Origin: Octopus vulgaris | Lineage: Eukaryota | Assembly: GCA_951406725.2 (NCBI GenBank) | Contig: OX597818.1 | Span: 18,972,001 to 19,036,000, forward strand | DNA: 64,000 nt | Direction of reading: 5' to 3' | Shown here: positions 26,131-39,649 of the stretch, piece by piece | How positions within the stretch are numbered: position 1 is the first letter of the stretch | How the letters are laid out: every line of letters starts with the position of its first letter | Position numbers and translations under genes: made by a program | Notes under the pieces: generated by a model | The model's input: the letters and a program-made list of their open reading frames with translations, nothing else | Told to the model about the DNA's origin: nothing | Database searches by the model: none

Positions 26131-26475
26131 TAATAATAATAATAATCAGCAACAGTTGTACTAGTTACTGTAATAGAGGAGACGCCACTAACAATGCCAA
26201 TAACGTCGAATTTACTTTCTATCAAGAAATGGAAACACTTATGCCCTCTATCATCAATGCTTATAACAATGGTACAGATGGCATGACTCATATGTGAAGA
26301 GCCTCATTAATGGACCTAAATTAATCTCTAGACATTTTAATCACTTCGTGATGTGTAGGAATCAGTGTCTGTGTAATCCGTCCCGGCAGGGAGATAAAGT
26401 CAGGGATCTTCTCCATTTGGACTGGCTTTTACATAGAGTAGCACCTTCAGTGTGATTCCTGTCCAGTTCTCCCTC
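25327..26475 (+). repeat. Two near-identical direct repeats of about 135 bp (25327-25461 and 26341-26475)
   Basis: TAGGAATCAGTGTCTGTGTAATCCGTCCCGGCAGGG...GATTCCTGTCCAGTTCTCCCTC is identical in both copies by eye. Confidence 0.92.
25617..26061 (-). mobile_element. SINE family B full-length copy
   Basis: Head on the minus strand is GGCGTAGGAGTGGCTGTGTGGTAAG. Internal (TA)/(CA) microsatellite and tail GTAAAAGAGT. Confidence 0.9.
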
Positions 26476-26504
26476 AACGGCAAGATTACTTAGCCAAATA
26501 CCTC

Positions 26505-26842
26505 CCATTGTAATTTCAAAAAGCAGGATAAAAGTCCTCTATAAGCTCATTGCAAAAGGTTTAACGTAGTTTACAAGTCTTCAGTACTAAATAGAAGCCA
26601 AAACTCAACCAAGGTTTATATTGGGGCCACTGTTAATTTTAAACAAAAATACTCTGTTCATTTTAATTCATTTAAATATGAAATGCATGGTAAATCGCCT
26701 TCGCTAGAAGAACATATACACTACATTAGGAAAAAAATATACCCCAAGACATAAATTGGTACATCATCGACTCGGGCCCTCCATACCAAGGTTAAAACAC
26801 TCCGTGCTGGTTATGTTTTATGGAATCTATACAGATACTGTC
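26505..26842 (+). pseudogene. PLE GIY-YIG endonuclease relic
   Basis: HCNFKKQDKSPL*AHCKRFNVVYKSSV..NSTKVYIGATVNFKQKYSVHFNSF...LEEHIHYIR..INWYII...PY...CWLCFMESIQIL. The VVY/YIG motifs and CxLCxxE pattern are typical of PLE endonucleases. Confidence 0.85.
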
Positions 26843-26944
26843 GCATAACTCAGCACAATTATTAAATAAACAACACGAGGCATTAGACTCTTTTGTTCAT
26901 AAATTTTTCAAACATTTAAATTCTACCACAAATCTAAATGCAGT

Positions 26945-27600
26945 AAGACAACTGCCTCTGTATAGCTATTTAAAACTTTATTTTCACTGATATAGCATTA
27001 GCTCACTTAATTAAATTAATGCTTTTTTACCCTATCATCATATTCTATTTTATTTTATTCTATGGATATTTACTTCATCCTTCTCCTCCAATTCATTTTT
27101 CTATACCTCACCTACCTCGTAATTTATGTAATATCAATTCAATTGCAGCACAATTATTAAACAAACATCACGAACATATCTCTTCTTGCTTTCATAAATT
27201 CACCAAAGCTTTAGATTTCACCACAATTCCAAATTGAATAAAACAACTACTTCTGTATAGCCATCTAATATTTTCCAATAATATGTAGTTCAGGTATGAT
27301 ATTAGCTCACTTAATTAACTTAGCATATTTACCTTTCATCATACACGTCTATAATATATTTTGTTTTTGTTGACCCTTACGTTACACTCCTCCATTAATT
27401 CCTATTTCTAGACACCATCTAGCTTATAATTTATATAATACTTATTATAATTAAACACTAGTTAAACTAAATTTATATAACTTACTTTGCCAGATTTCTT
27501 CTATACTCAACATATTAATTACGGTTCTATCATTCGTTGTCTCTCTATTTGCCTCGTCCCCATATGTTATAATTCACTCTATTCGAACCTAGTGCTAAGT
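26945..27600 (+). mobile_element. 3' pLTR region of the split PLE (two diverged tandem units of about 295 bp)
   Basis: CAACT.C.TCTGTATAGC..T.TAA...TTAGCTCACTTAATTAA recurs at about 26950 and 27244, and the region ends at (TA)n. Confidence 0.65.
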
Positions 27601-27924
27601 TATATATGTGTGTATATGTAGGAGTGTGTGCGTGTATGTGTGTATGTGTGCGCGCGCGCGTGTGTGTGTGTTTCAACGCGCATTAACATGCTTGAGATGC
27701 AAGGCCAGGGGAAAAAGCGGCTGCAAATATACCGCCTGCACTGACCTGTAATCCTCATACTAGCAACATATGCAGGCTTCTTTGCAAATCCTAGGCGGGA
27801 CTCAAGTGTCACATTCTATATAAGTATTATGACTGACAAGGGAAGTATAGGTTGTCGGATCTGCGTACGTCAAAACCGATAGGAGAGACCATCATATATA
27901 TGTATATATATATATATATATATA

Positions 27925-28123
27925 AGACTAAGAAATTATACCTGATAGACACACCTACGATACGCTTTTAACTGATTCTATTACACAAAAATACAGACGC
28001 TCTTCCCCACACACTAATAATAACATTAACTGTGAGGCTAAACAGATAGTAGTTAGCCTAGGTATAGCAGACAGACTACAGATCTTGGCCCAAAAAAATG
28101 CCTTTATCACTTTAAAAGACCAC
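27925..28123 (+). pseudogene. PLE RT N-terminal fragment
   Basis: KTKKLY...YDTLLTDSITQKYRRS...NINCEAKQIVVSLGIADRLQILAQKNAFITLKDH. AFITLKDH is characteristic of PLE RT motif 1. Confidence 0.8.
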
Positions 28124-28276
28124 GCAGAATGGAATTTTGTCAGTGAACAGGTCGCGGTCTCAAAGCAACGAAAATATTTTGACAAATTAAATCTAAATTT
28201 TGAAGTGAATCTAACGGATTTTATGTGTTTCTTAAATGACTTATAAACACCCTCCACGCTGCAATTGTTTATATGC

Positions 28277-28316
<40 letters not shown>

Positions 28317-28354
28317 CACACACACACGCAAACACACACACACACACACACACA

Positions 28355-28394
<40 letters not shown>

Positions 28395-28398
<4 letters not shown>

Positions 28399-29103
28399 TA
28401 ACAATAATTAAGGGTTTAACAACAAGTTGCTCCACTCCATACCGAAAATTTAGAAGTAGCAGCCAAAAGACCGCTATTTCTTTTTCCTACAAAATATGTC
28501 TCCACAGATAACAATATTTGTAAATAACATAGCTAAAAAAGAAGAAAAATAATGAAATCAAACAGTCTTCGATTAATTATGGACGCGTTTCTGGATTAGA
28601 ATTATAAAAAATTCATTTCCTTTGTCAGCATAATATTTCGAGAATTATAAATTTGAAAATGCTAGAACTTACCCTTTGCATTTCTGATCAAGCGCCATCA
28701 GAACATAGCAGAAGGCAGTCAGCATATCCAAACTTATATAGACGAGTGAATTCGTATTTCTCTCCAAGTTTACCATGTGCGTCAGAAGCTAGTACCACAG
28801 AAAGAGATCCGCAATTAATCGAAGACTGTTTGATTTCATTATTTTTCTTCTTTTTACCTATGTGAGTTACAAATATTGTTATCTGTAGAGACATAATTTG
28901 TAGGAAAAAGACATAGCAGTCCTTTGGCTGTTATTTCTAAATTTTCGGTATGTGGTAAAGCAACTTGTTGCTAAACCCTTAATTATTATTATAAGTATGT
29001 ATGAAAAACGTTTGTGTAAGTTTTTATCGAATATGGTTCTTTTCCATGGCGAAACTACTTGGTAAAATTTATTAATTTATTTAATTAATAATTCTGTAAT
29101 GAT
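28395..29103. mobile_element. Inverted PLE pLTR pair (arms about 28395-28578 and 28813-28995) with a hammerhead in the spacer
   Basis: The arms are reverse complements. The 3' end CTACTTGGTAAAATT is shared with 41644. (TA)n lies on both sides. Confidence 0.75.
28576..28634 (-). ncRNA. Hammerhead motif (core variant CTGACAA)
   Basis: Reverse complement reads ATTATG-CTGACAA-AGGAAATG...AATCCA-GAAA-CGCG-TC-CATAAT, with a 6-bp stem I, palindromic ACGCGT and a GUC triplet. Confidence 0.7.
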
Positions 29104-29168
<65 letters not shown>

Positions 29169-29934
29169 ATAGTCCACAGATGAGATCCAGAGATTCTCAG
29201 GACAGAAAGCATTTAGTAATGCTCAAATGATTCGAACTTACGCTCCGATGTTTTTACAGGGGATCAATTCCACGGGGTAAAGAATGGGTATAAGAGGCAT
29301 CAAATTGAGCAGATATGGATGGTAAACAAATTAGATATATTAAATATAACAATTTGGGTATGAAATTATATATATATATATATGTGTGTATGTATATATG
29401 TATGTATGTATACATGCAAAATAAGACAAAGCAAAAAGTATAGACTTTCAGACGATGAATTTTTAAGTATAAATATATAGATATTTATATTAATAGATCC
29501 AACAGAGAAAATCGAAGGGGAGGAAGAAAGTGTTATAAGTCCAACAGCTGTATCTGGGGGCTCGGAGGCCCATTATGATTTGGTAGGTATAGTTCATCAT
29601 TATATGCAGTCGTAATGGAAGCAATCAACGGTATTCAATTGAAACAAAAGAAGTCGTTTTTGCTTATTAACTCCAGATTAGTTTTAGTGATTTCCTTGTG
29701 TGCATAATGATTTTGCAATCTCATTCATTAATTATCATGACGCTTAAGGATTTCAAAAGGATGGGTTTGGTTATCAAAGGCAGAATTTTATAACATACTG
29801 GTGAATTTGAATGTTGCTTGTTATCAACAGCGCTATACTATTTTGTCATAAACATATATTATATCATGAACATATATGCTTCCATAGTGCGGGGGTGGAG
29901 CTGCATTTTGTACTTAATATAAAAGAAACTATGG

Positions 29935-30140
29935 AAAGTGACGAGATGGCAGAATCGTTGGCACGCCGGGTAAAATGCTTAGCGGCATTTTGTCTGTCTT
30001 TGTGTTCTGAGTTCAAATTCCTTGAAGTCATCTTTACCATTTAACCATTCTGGGTCGATAAAACAAGTACCAGTTGAGCAGAGGGATCAATATAATCGAC
30101 TTATCTCCTTTCCATGAACTTGCTGGCCTCGTGCCAAATT
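29935..30140 (+). mobile_element. SINE family A copy
   Basis: GGCAGAATCGTTGGCACGCCGGG...GGGTCGATAAAACAAGTACCAG. Confidence 0.85.
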
Positions 30141-30311
30141 GAGTTTTATGTAGCATTTCACGGAAGACGAAAACACTTTGGTTGAAATATCTAACTCAAC
30201 AGATATCTTCCATACTCAGGTATTCGCGCGCGCGTGTTTATACTACAAACACACACACACACACACACACACATACACACACATATATATATATAAAATA
30301 AAAATAATAAA

Positions 30312-30562
30312 TAAATGCGCCCTTTTTAAAGCCTAGCCAGGCTCATAGGCCCGGTTCCCCGGTTTCTATGGCGTGTGTGTTCCGCAGCTAGACGGGACGC
30401 CAGTCCATCACAGCGTTACTCATTTTTGCCATCTGAGTGGACTGGAGCAACGTGAAATGAAGTGTTTTGCTCAAGAACATAACGCGTCGCTCGGTCCAGG
30501 AATCGAAACCACAAACTTACGATCATGATGCTGACACCCTAACCACTAAGCCATGCGCCACC
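30312..30562 (-). mobile_element. tRNA-derived SINE (family C relative)
   Basis: Minus-strand head GGCGCATGGCTTAGTGGTTAGGG...GGTTTCGATTCC. The 5' body matches 48715-48850. Confidence 0.85.
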
Positions 30563-30569
30563 ACATACA

Positions 30570-30608
<39 letters not shown>

Positions 30609-30651
30609 ATACACAAACACAAGTGTTACGGAATGGAGTATAGGAAATCCG

Positions 30652-30734
30652 GGCTACATATGTTTCAAACTGAGTGGTACCGCAGAACTGGTAAAATTCG
30701 AGTGAGGTGTATACCGCCGGCTGCTCTTCATGCC
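30652..30734 (-). ncRNA. Degenerate hammerhead motif with long stem II
   Basis: Reverse complement reads GGC-ATGAAGA-GCAGCCGGCGGTAT...GTACCACTCAGTTT-GAAA-C-ATAT-G-TA-GCC. It has the same GAAACATATGTA as 18113 and a C3A substitution. Confidence 0.6.
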
Positions 30735-30891
30735 AAGGATATCTTGATGAGATTAAAAGGCTACATTGTCGCAAGGTGGTAGATGTTGACGCAAAGATTC
30801 AATCAGAATGTGATATTTTGTTGTTGATTTTTTTATATTCACGACGGATTCTCGAAGCTAACTTCCTTCCTACAATTCGATCCCTAGATCT

Positions 30892-30935
<44 letters not shown>

Positions 30936-30938
30936 CAC

Positions 30939-30969
<31 letters not shown>

Positions 30970-31007
30970 CACAATATATATGCATATATATATATATACA
31001 TATACAC

Positions 31008-31038
<31 letters not shown>

Positions 31039-31647
31039 CACATATATATGTATATATATATATATATGCACGCATACACACATCTGCCTGTATATAGTTA
31101 TATACTTATACATGTATGTATATGTGTGTGTACACGCGCGCGTAAGTACGTCTGCGTGTTTTGGGTGTTTGTATAGGAATCAAGTTCTGTTTCAAGCATG
31201 TTATATTGAAAGCACGCTTATGTTCATGTTTGCTGCTTTCTATAATGATCTAGTCATGTTTACTTATCAATCCTTTACATTCAATTTGGAACAATGACGT
31301 TCTTAAATCCATTAAGCCTAATGCTTCGAGACTTCAATAATCTTGTTTTCAAGATAAACTATTGTTACAGCGTGTTATCTATACATACTGCAATACATGC
31401 CATTACAGAATTTTATTTTGGAAATAAGATTGTGAAGGTATCGAAATGTCAGACTCAAGATTTAAAACCATTATTGTCCAAAGCCAAAGCCAAGACTAAA
31501 GGACTAATAAGAAATGTGAAAAACCGCTAATAAAAATGGTCAAACCAGATCTTAGTCGTCGTGTTTTGTAATATATGTGTGTGTGTAGAGAGAGAGAGGG
31601 AGAGAGGGAGAGAGATGCACACTCACGCATACACACAGACACATACA

Positions 31648-31724
<77 letters not shown>

Positions 31725-32805
31725 GTAAATATTTATCTATATTATATACTTAACGTATGTATATCGTCGGAAAGGCAGAGGATCCAGTAGTCACCTCGCT
31801 AAAGATTCTTTTATAGATGTAATGCGTTAAAAAATAACTCAATATATTTCAGAGTTACACGAAACGAAATCGTTCCAGAAGCGACATCACCAAAAACATG
31901 ACTACAACTACTAGCAAAATCACAATTATACTACCTACCACACTACCACCACCGCCAACAAGAAGAAGAATAACAACAATACCATCACTAACATCATTGC
32001 TGACACCACCAGAAGTAAAACCATCAGAGACCAATTCAGACATAACCACTAATACCAGCACTACTATATAAACATTAGTGATGATGCCTATATAGGTTTT
32101 ATAATAACCACTAATAACACTGCCACTTCTTACATCACCACTGGCATCAACACTGATAACATCACCGCCACCTATCACAAACTCGTCCGATTTTACTACG
32201 TGCATCATTATCGTTGTAGCCATTGTCATCGCCGACGTCATTACCATTATCGCCATCATCGTCGTCGTCATCGTCGTCATCATCATCATCATCATCACCA
32301 CCACCACCACCACCACCATCGTACTCTTGCTCGTCCTTCTGCGCCTCCTCCTCATCGTCGTGGTCGTCATGTTCATCGTCATCATCATTGTCAGCATCTC
32401 TTCATCATTATCCTCATCATCGTCGTCTCATCATCATCATCATCATCACCATCATTCTCATCGTTGTCATCAGCATCATCATCAACATTTTCTCTAGTTA
32501 CTCCACGCCCAACCCAATCAACAAACAAACCACAAATCATGCTACCCATCACCAGCGCACACTAATTAACACAAATTAATAATTATATAATTAACACTGA
32601 CTCCACAGAAATACAACAATGTAGACTTCATTCATTATATTTTAATTCGATCTAATGAGGAAATTATTACAATATTAGTCTCAAGAACGAAATGCCTGTT
32701 ATGGGGAGGGGGAGGTGATGGTGGTGTGGTTGATGAAATTCATGGTGATGATGATGGTTATATATCCATTCATTCATCCATACATACACACATATATATG
32801 TGTAT

Positions 32806-32862
<57 letters not shown>

Positions 32863-32906
32863 CATTATTAAATCTCAGAACGAGATGTAAACAGTAACTG
32901 CTCGAC

Positions 32907-33065
32907 AATGTAAAGTATAAAAGCCATCTCAATATGGCGAACCACAAAGTGGGGGTGTTACTGTAGCTTTTTAGCCCCAGGAGATCATCGCCTCCAGGGG
33001 CTAAAAAGCTACAGTAACACCCCCACTTTGTGGTTAGCCATATTGAGATGGCTTTTATACTTTAC

Positions 33066-33068
<3 letters not shown>
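32907..33068. repeat. Near-perfect hairpin with 72-bp arms and an 18-nt loop
   Basis: 32907-32978 is the reverse complement of 32997-33068, with one mismatch seen. Confidence 0.95.
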
Positions 33069-33117
<49 letters not shown>

Positions 33118-33162
33118 CTAGTGTATTCAGTTCCATTTTTCTGGTTTTGTTCTACGAGACCT

Positions 33163-33252
<90 letters not shown>

Positions 33253-33551
33253 CAGGGTCCAACTGAATCGAGGTATTTTAATGACACCAAATTAGGATCG
33301 AGAATAGCATATCCGTGTATCAACAGTAGAAAGTGTGTTTTTTCAACATGTAATTGATTAGTTCATCAATAAGAAACGCGTCCGAAACAGACGTAGTGAA
33401 TCTCAACACACACAGATGCAGCCACAGGCCGTGCGTTGTCGCTAACAGTTTGTGTAGTTGGTAATTTGATATATTATAGAGGAATTTTACTCTTTAAAAC
33501 TTAAACATCAAAGTAATAATAGCCCAGATTAATGTATATACATACATACAT

Positions 33552-33600
<49 letters not shown>

Positions 33601-33731
33601 TTATCACACACACAGCTGAAATGTAGTGTAATCCGCTATTTGTAACACAATCTGGCAAAACTTGTAGGATATGATTTGAGACAGATTTGGCAGGTCGAGC
33701 GATCATGTAAAGATTTTCTCACTGGTTCGTT

Positions 33732-33835
<104 letters not shown>

Positions 33836-33951
33836 CGGCGGCGGCGGCAGAGTTTGTGCAGAACAAAATAGCTTTTGACCTTCTAATATTGTAATTATGC
33901 AAATCCTTTAGCTTTACCTAATACAAACAAAATTCAATATTATTATTTTGC

Positions 33952-34300
33952 TCAGCTGGCAGAATCGTTAACACGCCGGGCAAAATGCTCAGCGGCATTT
34001 CGTCTGTCTTTGAGTTTCATACTTTGCCTTTCATTCTTTCGGGGTCGATAAAATAAGTACCAGTTGAGCGCTGGGGTTGATCTAATTGACTTAATCCCTT
34101 CCCCGAAATTGCTACCCTCGAGCCAAAATTTGAAACGAATATTATCATTTGGTTAGGTGGCTGAGCCGTTAGCACGTTGGAAAATTGGTGATCACTATTT
34201 CTGTAAGCTCTTTAAGTTCTGAGTTCAAATTCCGCTGAAGTCAACATTACCTTTCATCATTTCGGGGACGATAAAATAAGCACTAGTTGAGCATTAGGGG
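33952..34300 (+). mobile_element. Two tandem SINE family A copies
   Basis: Cores CTTTCATTCTTTCGGGGTCGATAAAATAAGTACC and CTTTCATCATTTCGGGGACGATAAAATAAGCAC. Confidence 0.85.
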
Positions 34301-34642
34301 TGGTTTTTTCATTTCATATATTTTTGGGACTCATTGACTCAGATAACTGGATTTATGATTTCACTAGGTAAATTCTATTCATAAAAATTAAAATTAGGCG
34401 TATTTCTTAAACCGTTAACTTCACATTTCAACAGCCTGACTGAAATTCAGCCCACGTAATAGAAACTGAGAGGGAAAGATAATTTAACACTATTTTTTAA
34501 TTCTGCATGCAAAAACATATGATACAAGTATTCTTTTCCTTGAGACAAATTCTTTGTTGACCAGTGTTAATCTAATCGTAGTTTACGAATCCAAGTATGA
34601 AAACATTACTCAACTTTGGAGTTTTGGAGACAGACGTCCCTT

Positions 34643-34686
<44 letters not shown>

Positions 34687-35447
34687 ACACACGCACACAT
34701 GCACTTATATATTAATGATGTACATAAATACATGGCAGGTGTACATAATACCGAAGTACGCATAAAGTAAGCACATGCAGACAAATATATCAATATAACA
34801 AATTTTTAAAAATGATAAAAACATACAATCAATGAAGAGACAAAAGAAACAGTAAAGATGATACATGTTAATTTTATTAGGTATTTCTGTTTATTTAGAA
34901 ACCTACAATGAACAGGTCAGATGCTTAACTACAAATTTCATAGGGTACAGCTTTAAAGTTGACATCGCTCCGCTAAACGCAGAAAATTTCTGTCTTGCTA
35001 TTGGCTAAAATTACCCAGGTTTTTTTTTTCGATTTTTAACCCTCTGTAACTTTTTTCTCCAATTTTTATCTCGACGACAACATACCTTCAGAGCAATGAG
35101 ACTGAAAGGCTACATTATTATAGCCGATTTTCGGATTTTTTACTTCCTTTTAAAAAATGCATATTTTGCGAATAAAAAAAAAACTAGATCCCCTCCCCTT
35201 AAAATTGTCAGCCTTGGGCCAAAATTTGAAACCATTATAATTGCGGTGAGTTGGCAAAATCTTTAGCGCCTAGAACAAAATGCTCAACGGTATATCTTCT
35301 GGTTGTCTACTTTTTGTGTTCAAACTTTGCTTTCATCCCTCTTGGCGTTGATGTAGTCAACTTTCCCTCTACCCTCAAAATTGATTGCCATACACCATAA
35401 TTAGAAAACATTATTATTTACTTTATTATTGCTTTAAGTGCATAAAC

Positions 35448-35503
<56 letters not shown>

Positions 35504-35558
35504 CCTACCTACCTACCTACCTATTTATCTATCTACCTATTTATCTACCTGTCCATCC

Positions 35559-35630
<72 letters not shown>

Positions 35631-38600
35631 GTCCAAGGTAGCATTCCAATCCCCCACTAAGAGTAAAGGACGAGACGTATTCTTGGGAACGTCTCGTCCT
35701 TTACTCTTAGTGGGGGATTGGAATGCTACCTTGGACACGCAGGTAGACTACGTGGGTAGAGATAGGAATAGACGGGGATGCAAATGCCTCAGAGACCTGC
35801 TCAGACGCTTTCAACTGTCTGACAGGTTCCGACTGGACCACCCGAATGCGCCAACATGGATATGGAGCAACCGCATCGGGTCGTCGAGATCGTATCTAGA
35901 TAGGATACTGTGTAGGACAGTAGATAGAGATAGCATAGGATGTCCACAATTCCACATAGCCATCATCAACAACAAATGGTGGTTTGCCCTCAAGAGAGCA
36001 GTTAAAAGCAGAAGCGATTAGGTACAGCAAAGCACTAGCCATAGATAGAAATAGAGTGGAGGGTGAGCTAGTTAAGAAGCTAGAAGAGGCAATTAGAAGC
36101 GGCATCGCATCCGACGTTTTGGCGGCGAGGTTGACCCTCAACCAACACTTCAACGTCAAACACGAAGGGTGTGCTGCCAGAGCTAGGATGCGTGCTCTAA
36201 GGAACGAAGGTGTTGGAACCGCGAGAGGCCCGGGTGGCAGAGGCGCAACAGGGCAACAAAGCCACCATTCAGTCTCTAGTAGATGAACAGGGGCGCGAAT
36301 TGCTCGAGCCAAGTAAAATGTGTGAGGCCTTTCAACAGCATTTTGCCCGACTGCTCGGGACGAGTGGCGGGCAAGAACGTAGGGTGGACTTCAGTGCCTA
36401 CCTACACAGCCTACCACGACTCTCGACAAGAGAGGCAAGGTACTGCGAAGGTGCCATCACGGCGGCGGAAGTGCAGGACGCGATGACAGAATGCTCGGGG
36501 GACAAATCAACGGGTTTGGATGGTCTACCCTACGAGCTTTACAATTGTATGCCAGACTTGTTTGGAGATGTCTTGGCAGCGGTGTACTGCAACTGGCAGC
36601 AAAACGGGAGCATTCCTGGTTTTGTGAGCCGAGGAGCCGTAACACTGCTGAAGAAAGATCTAAACAAGGGAAATGTAATAGATAACTTTAGGCCCATCAC
36701 TCTGCTTAATGCAGACTTGAAAATTTTGGCCAAGGTGCTAGCCAAGAGGTTGGCGCTTGTCATCGAGAAACTGGTCGACAAGGCGCAAACATGCGCCCTG
36801 CCGGGCCGGACCATCCATGACAACCTCCACCTGATGCGCTACATCATAGACAGGGTAGTTAACGAACCTGGCATGGGTGGGGCACTGATCAATTTGGATC
36901 AATCGAAAGCTTTCGATAGGGTGGACCATCGATACTTGGAGGCAGTCCTCTGAGCGGCTAGCTTCGGTCCCGTCTTCCGCGGCTGGATAGCCGCTTTGTA
37001 CAGAGGCATCCGTTCGGTAATTCGCGTAAATGGATATCTATCGAGACCTTTCGACATCGCACGTTCGGTCCGTCAGGGATGCCCCCTCTCGTCGCTTCTA
37101 TACGTATTGACTCTCGGGCCATTAATGCGGAAGCTGGCAACTTTTAGGGGCATCCCGCGAGAACTGGGATGCGGGACGAGCGTGTCTGCATACGCGGACG
37201 ACGTCACCGTCATAGTGTCTAGCCACGAGCACATCGAGCAGGTCGGCGAGACACTGAAAAACTACGAAGCGGTGACAGGAGCGAAAATCAACCGGGAAAA
37301 GTCCGTGAGCTTGCGACTAGGCACCTGGAGAAGCAAGCCCATGCCGTCCACCAGCGCCTCCGTCGTGGGACGCTGGACCGACGGCCCGGTTGAGTTGCTC
37401 GGGGTCTGGTTCGGTCCGGACCTCCAAGTGGAGAAGAACTGGAACGAGATAACGAGTAGGGTGGTCACTCTCGCCCGGCAATGGGCCGAGAGGAAACTGT
37501 CCCTAAAAGGTCGGGCTAGGTGGCGAACACGTACATCGCGTCCGTCATCTACTACGTGCCTTGTTCCCACCCTACCATCACAAAACTAGAACGCATTCTC
37601 TTCCGCTTCTTGCGGAAAGGATGCGTCCCGATGGTCAGGCGATCCATTTGCTGTCAACACCCGTTAAAAGGAGGACTGGGCATGCCGTGGTTGATGATGC
37701 GCAGACACGCGTTGAGACTGCGACATCTCAGGCTCTTCGTAGACGACGGTGAACAGGTGTGATCGCCGTTTGTGAGGCACGCTTTCCCGCAGCTCGTCTC
37801 CAAGACCGAACTGCAGTCGTGGATCAAAAAGAGGCCGAGGAAGGGCGAATTGCACCGCGAGTGTCGCGTTGCTCTCAAACAACGCTGCCGTCCTGGGTCG
37901 ACTTTGAGTGACTTCATCACAACCAAAGCATTCTATAGGGTATTAGTGGAGGGGAGGTACGACGACGAGCTCGGGGCGAACCTGAACGTCGACGAGGAGT
38001 ACCTGACCCGCCTGTTCGGGACGACTTTCGGGCCAGGGCCCATGGACAACTTCCAGAAATCCCTGGCCTGGCAGTGCTACCGAGAAGCGCTACCCGTTCG
38101 GGATAATCTCTACAGACACGGCTCGAGAAACACGGGGCCGACCTGCCCGAGATGCGGTCAGAGCGACGAAACCGTTCTGCACGCACTCGTGCAGTGTCCA
38201 ATAATTTCCGACCTGTGGGCTTATGTCGAACAACTGCTGTCACGTGTGGGACGAGTCGGTTTATCAGCTGAGTCTATCGTCAATATTGTCACGCCTCCTT
38301 CCTTCAAACGGGAAGGAAGAGCTATTTTCATCATCCTTGTGGCTATGGCGAAAGAATGTATCTGGTGGACGCGTCTGAAAGGATTGGAGACAAACACTTT
38401 CCTCTCTGGTCAATCTCTCATCAACTTCTTCAAGTACCACTTGAAAAGGAAAGTGAGAGTAGAGAGGCAAGTTTTGGCTAGCGAATGTTTTAAAAAAAGA
38501 TGGGTGAATGTAGCAAGGATGGCACGTATGAATGACGAAGCCACCTTGAGCATGATCCTATGAACCCAGAAATTGAAAACAGAGGGTTACCCACTTGCAA

Positions 38601-38992
38601 ACAAATGTGGTAACATATAACAATATTGACCAAGGTTACGTGGTCTTTTTCGTAGGCTTTTCTTCCCACGGATAAACCTTACTTGCTTTCCCCTTTACAC
38701 CATACATCATAACACTGTGATACACGATCCCTATTGATCGTTTTTTTCTCTTCCCCTTTTTCCCCTTTTTTCTTCTTTTTTTTCATTTCTCTTTTCTTTT
38801 GTTCCTTTTCCTTTTTTCTTTTATTTTTTGTTCTTTTTCCCCTTTTACGATCCCTTTTGATCGAAAACCTACGCCACCTTTTTTTGTTTCTTTTGTCTTT
38901 TGTTTTTGTTTTTTTTCATCCCCCAAAAGAAAAGCTCTACCTTGTAACTTGTCCCATCTGTGTGCAGCCCTGTGTGGCCAATAAAGAAACTC
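35631..38992 (+). mobile_element. L1-clade (Tx1-like) LINE ORF2, 5'-truncated, few disablements
   Basis: APE endonuclease C-terminus (LVGDWN, SYLDRIL); RT (GLDGLPYELY, NFRPITLLNADLKILAK, LDQSKAFDRVDH, RQGCPLS, YADDVTV); zinc finger CPRCGQSDETVLHALVQC. Stops at 36951 and 37760, a frameshift near 37520, T-rich 3' UTR, AATAAA at 38980, and (ATCT)n on both flanks. Confidence 0.95.
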
Positions 38993-39033
38993 ATCTATCT
39001 ATTTATCTATATATCTATTTATCTATCTATCTC

Positions 39034-39088
<55 letters not shown>

Positions 39089-39649
39089 GTGCATCAGTTT
39101 TTCTATCCGTCTGTTTACCTACCTATCTACCTACCTGCTTACCTACCTACCTACCCACATACCTGTCTATCTATCTTTCTATCTATATATATCTCCATCC
39201 GTTTGTCTAACACTTTCAGTCCCTAGAGGGACATAATAGACAAATAATAACTAACAACGACCACAGGATATACATGTACTGGTTATCTGTATATGTCTCT
39301 CATTTCCTTATGCTTTATTGTTATGGAAGTACATCCTTGTTATGAGTGTTTAGCAATGTATATTTCAAGCTTTGGCACAGGTCCACTAATTTGTAACGGA
39401 AGCGATATAGTCGGCTGAATTCATACAAGACTGAACTTTAAATTGTACTTATACTAATCACTCTGGATAAAGGTAAGACCAGACCGACTCCATACAGTCA
39501 CATAATCATCAATTTAGAAACAAATAAACGATATACTGTTCAATCAGTAAAGTTTATTGATTTTTAGATTAATTAAAAACGTTGTCTAAGTTTTCTAAGT
39601 CAAGCTTTTTTTTATGTTCAAAAGATTAGAAAAATTTGCCCCTTACAAG

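Noticed and set aside
31855-32579. Met/Thr-, His- and Ser-rich ORFs
   Set aside because: Degenerate (CAT/CAC/ACT)n low-complexity sequence that is open in several frames.
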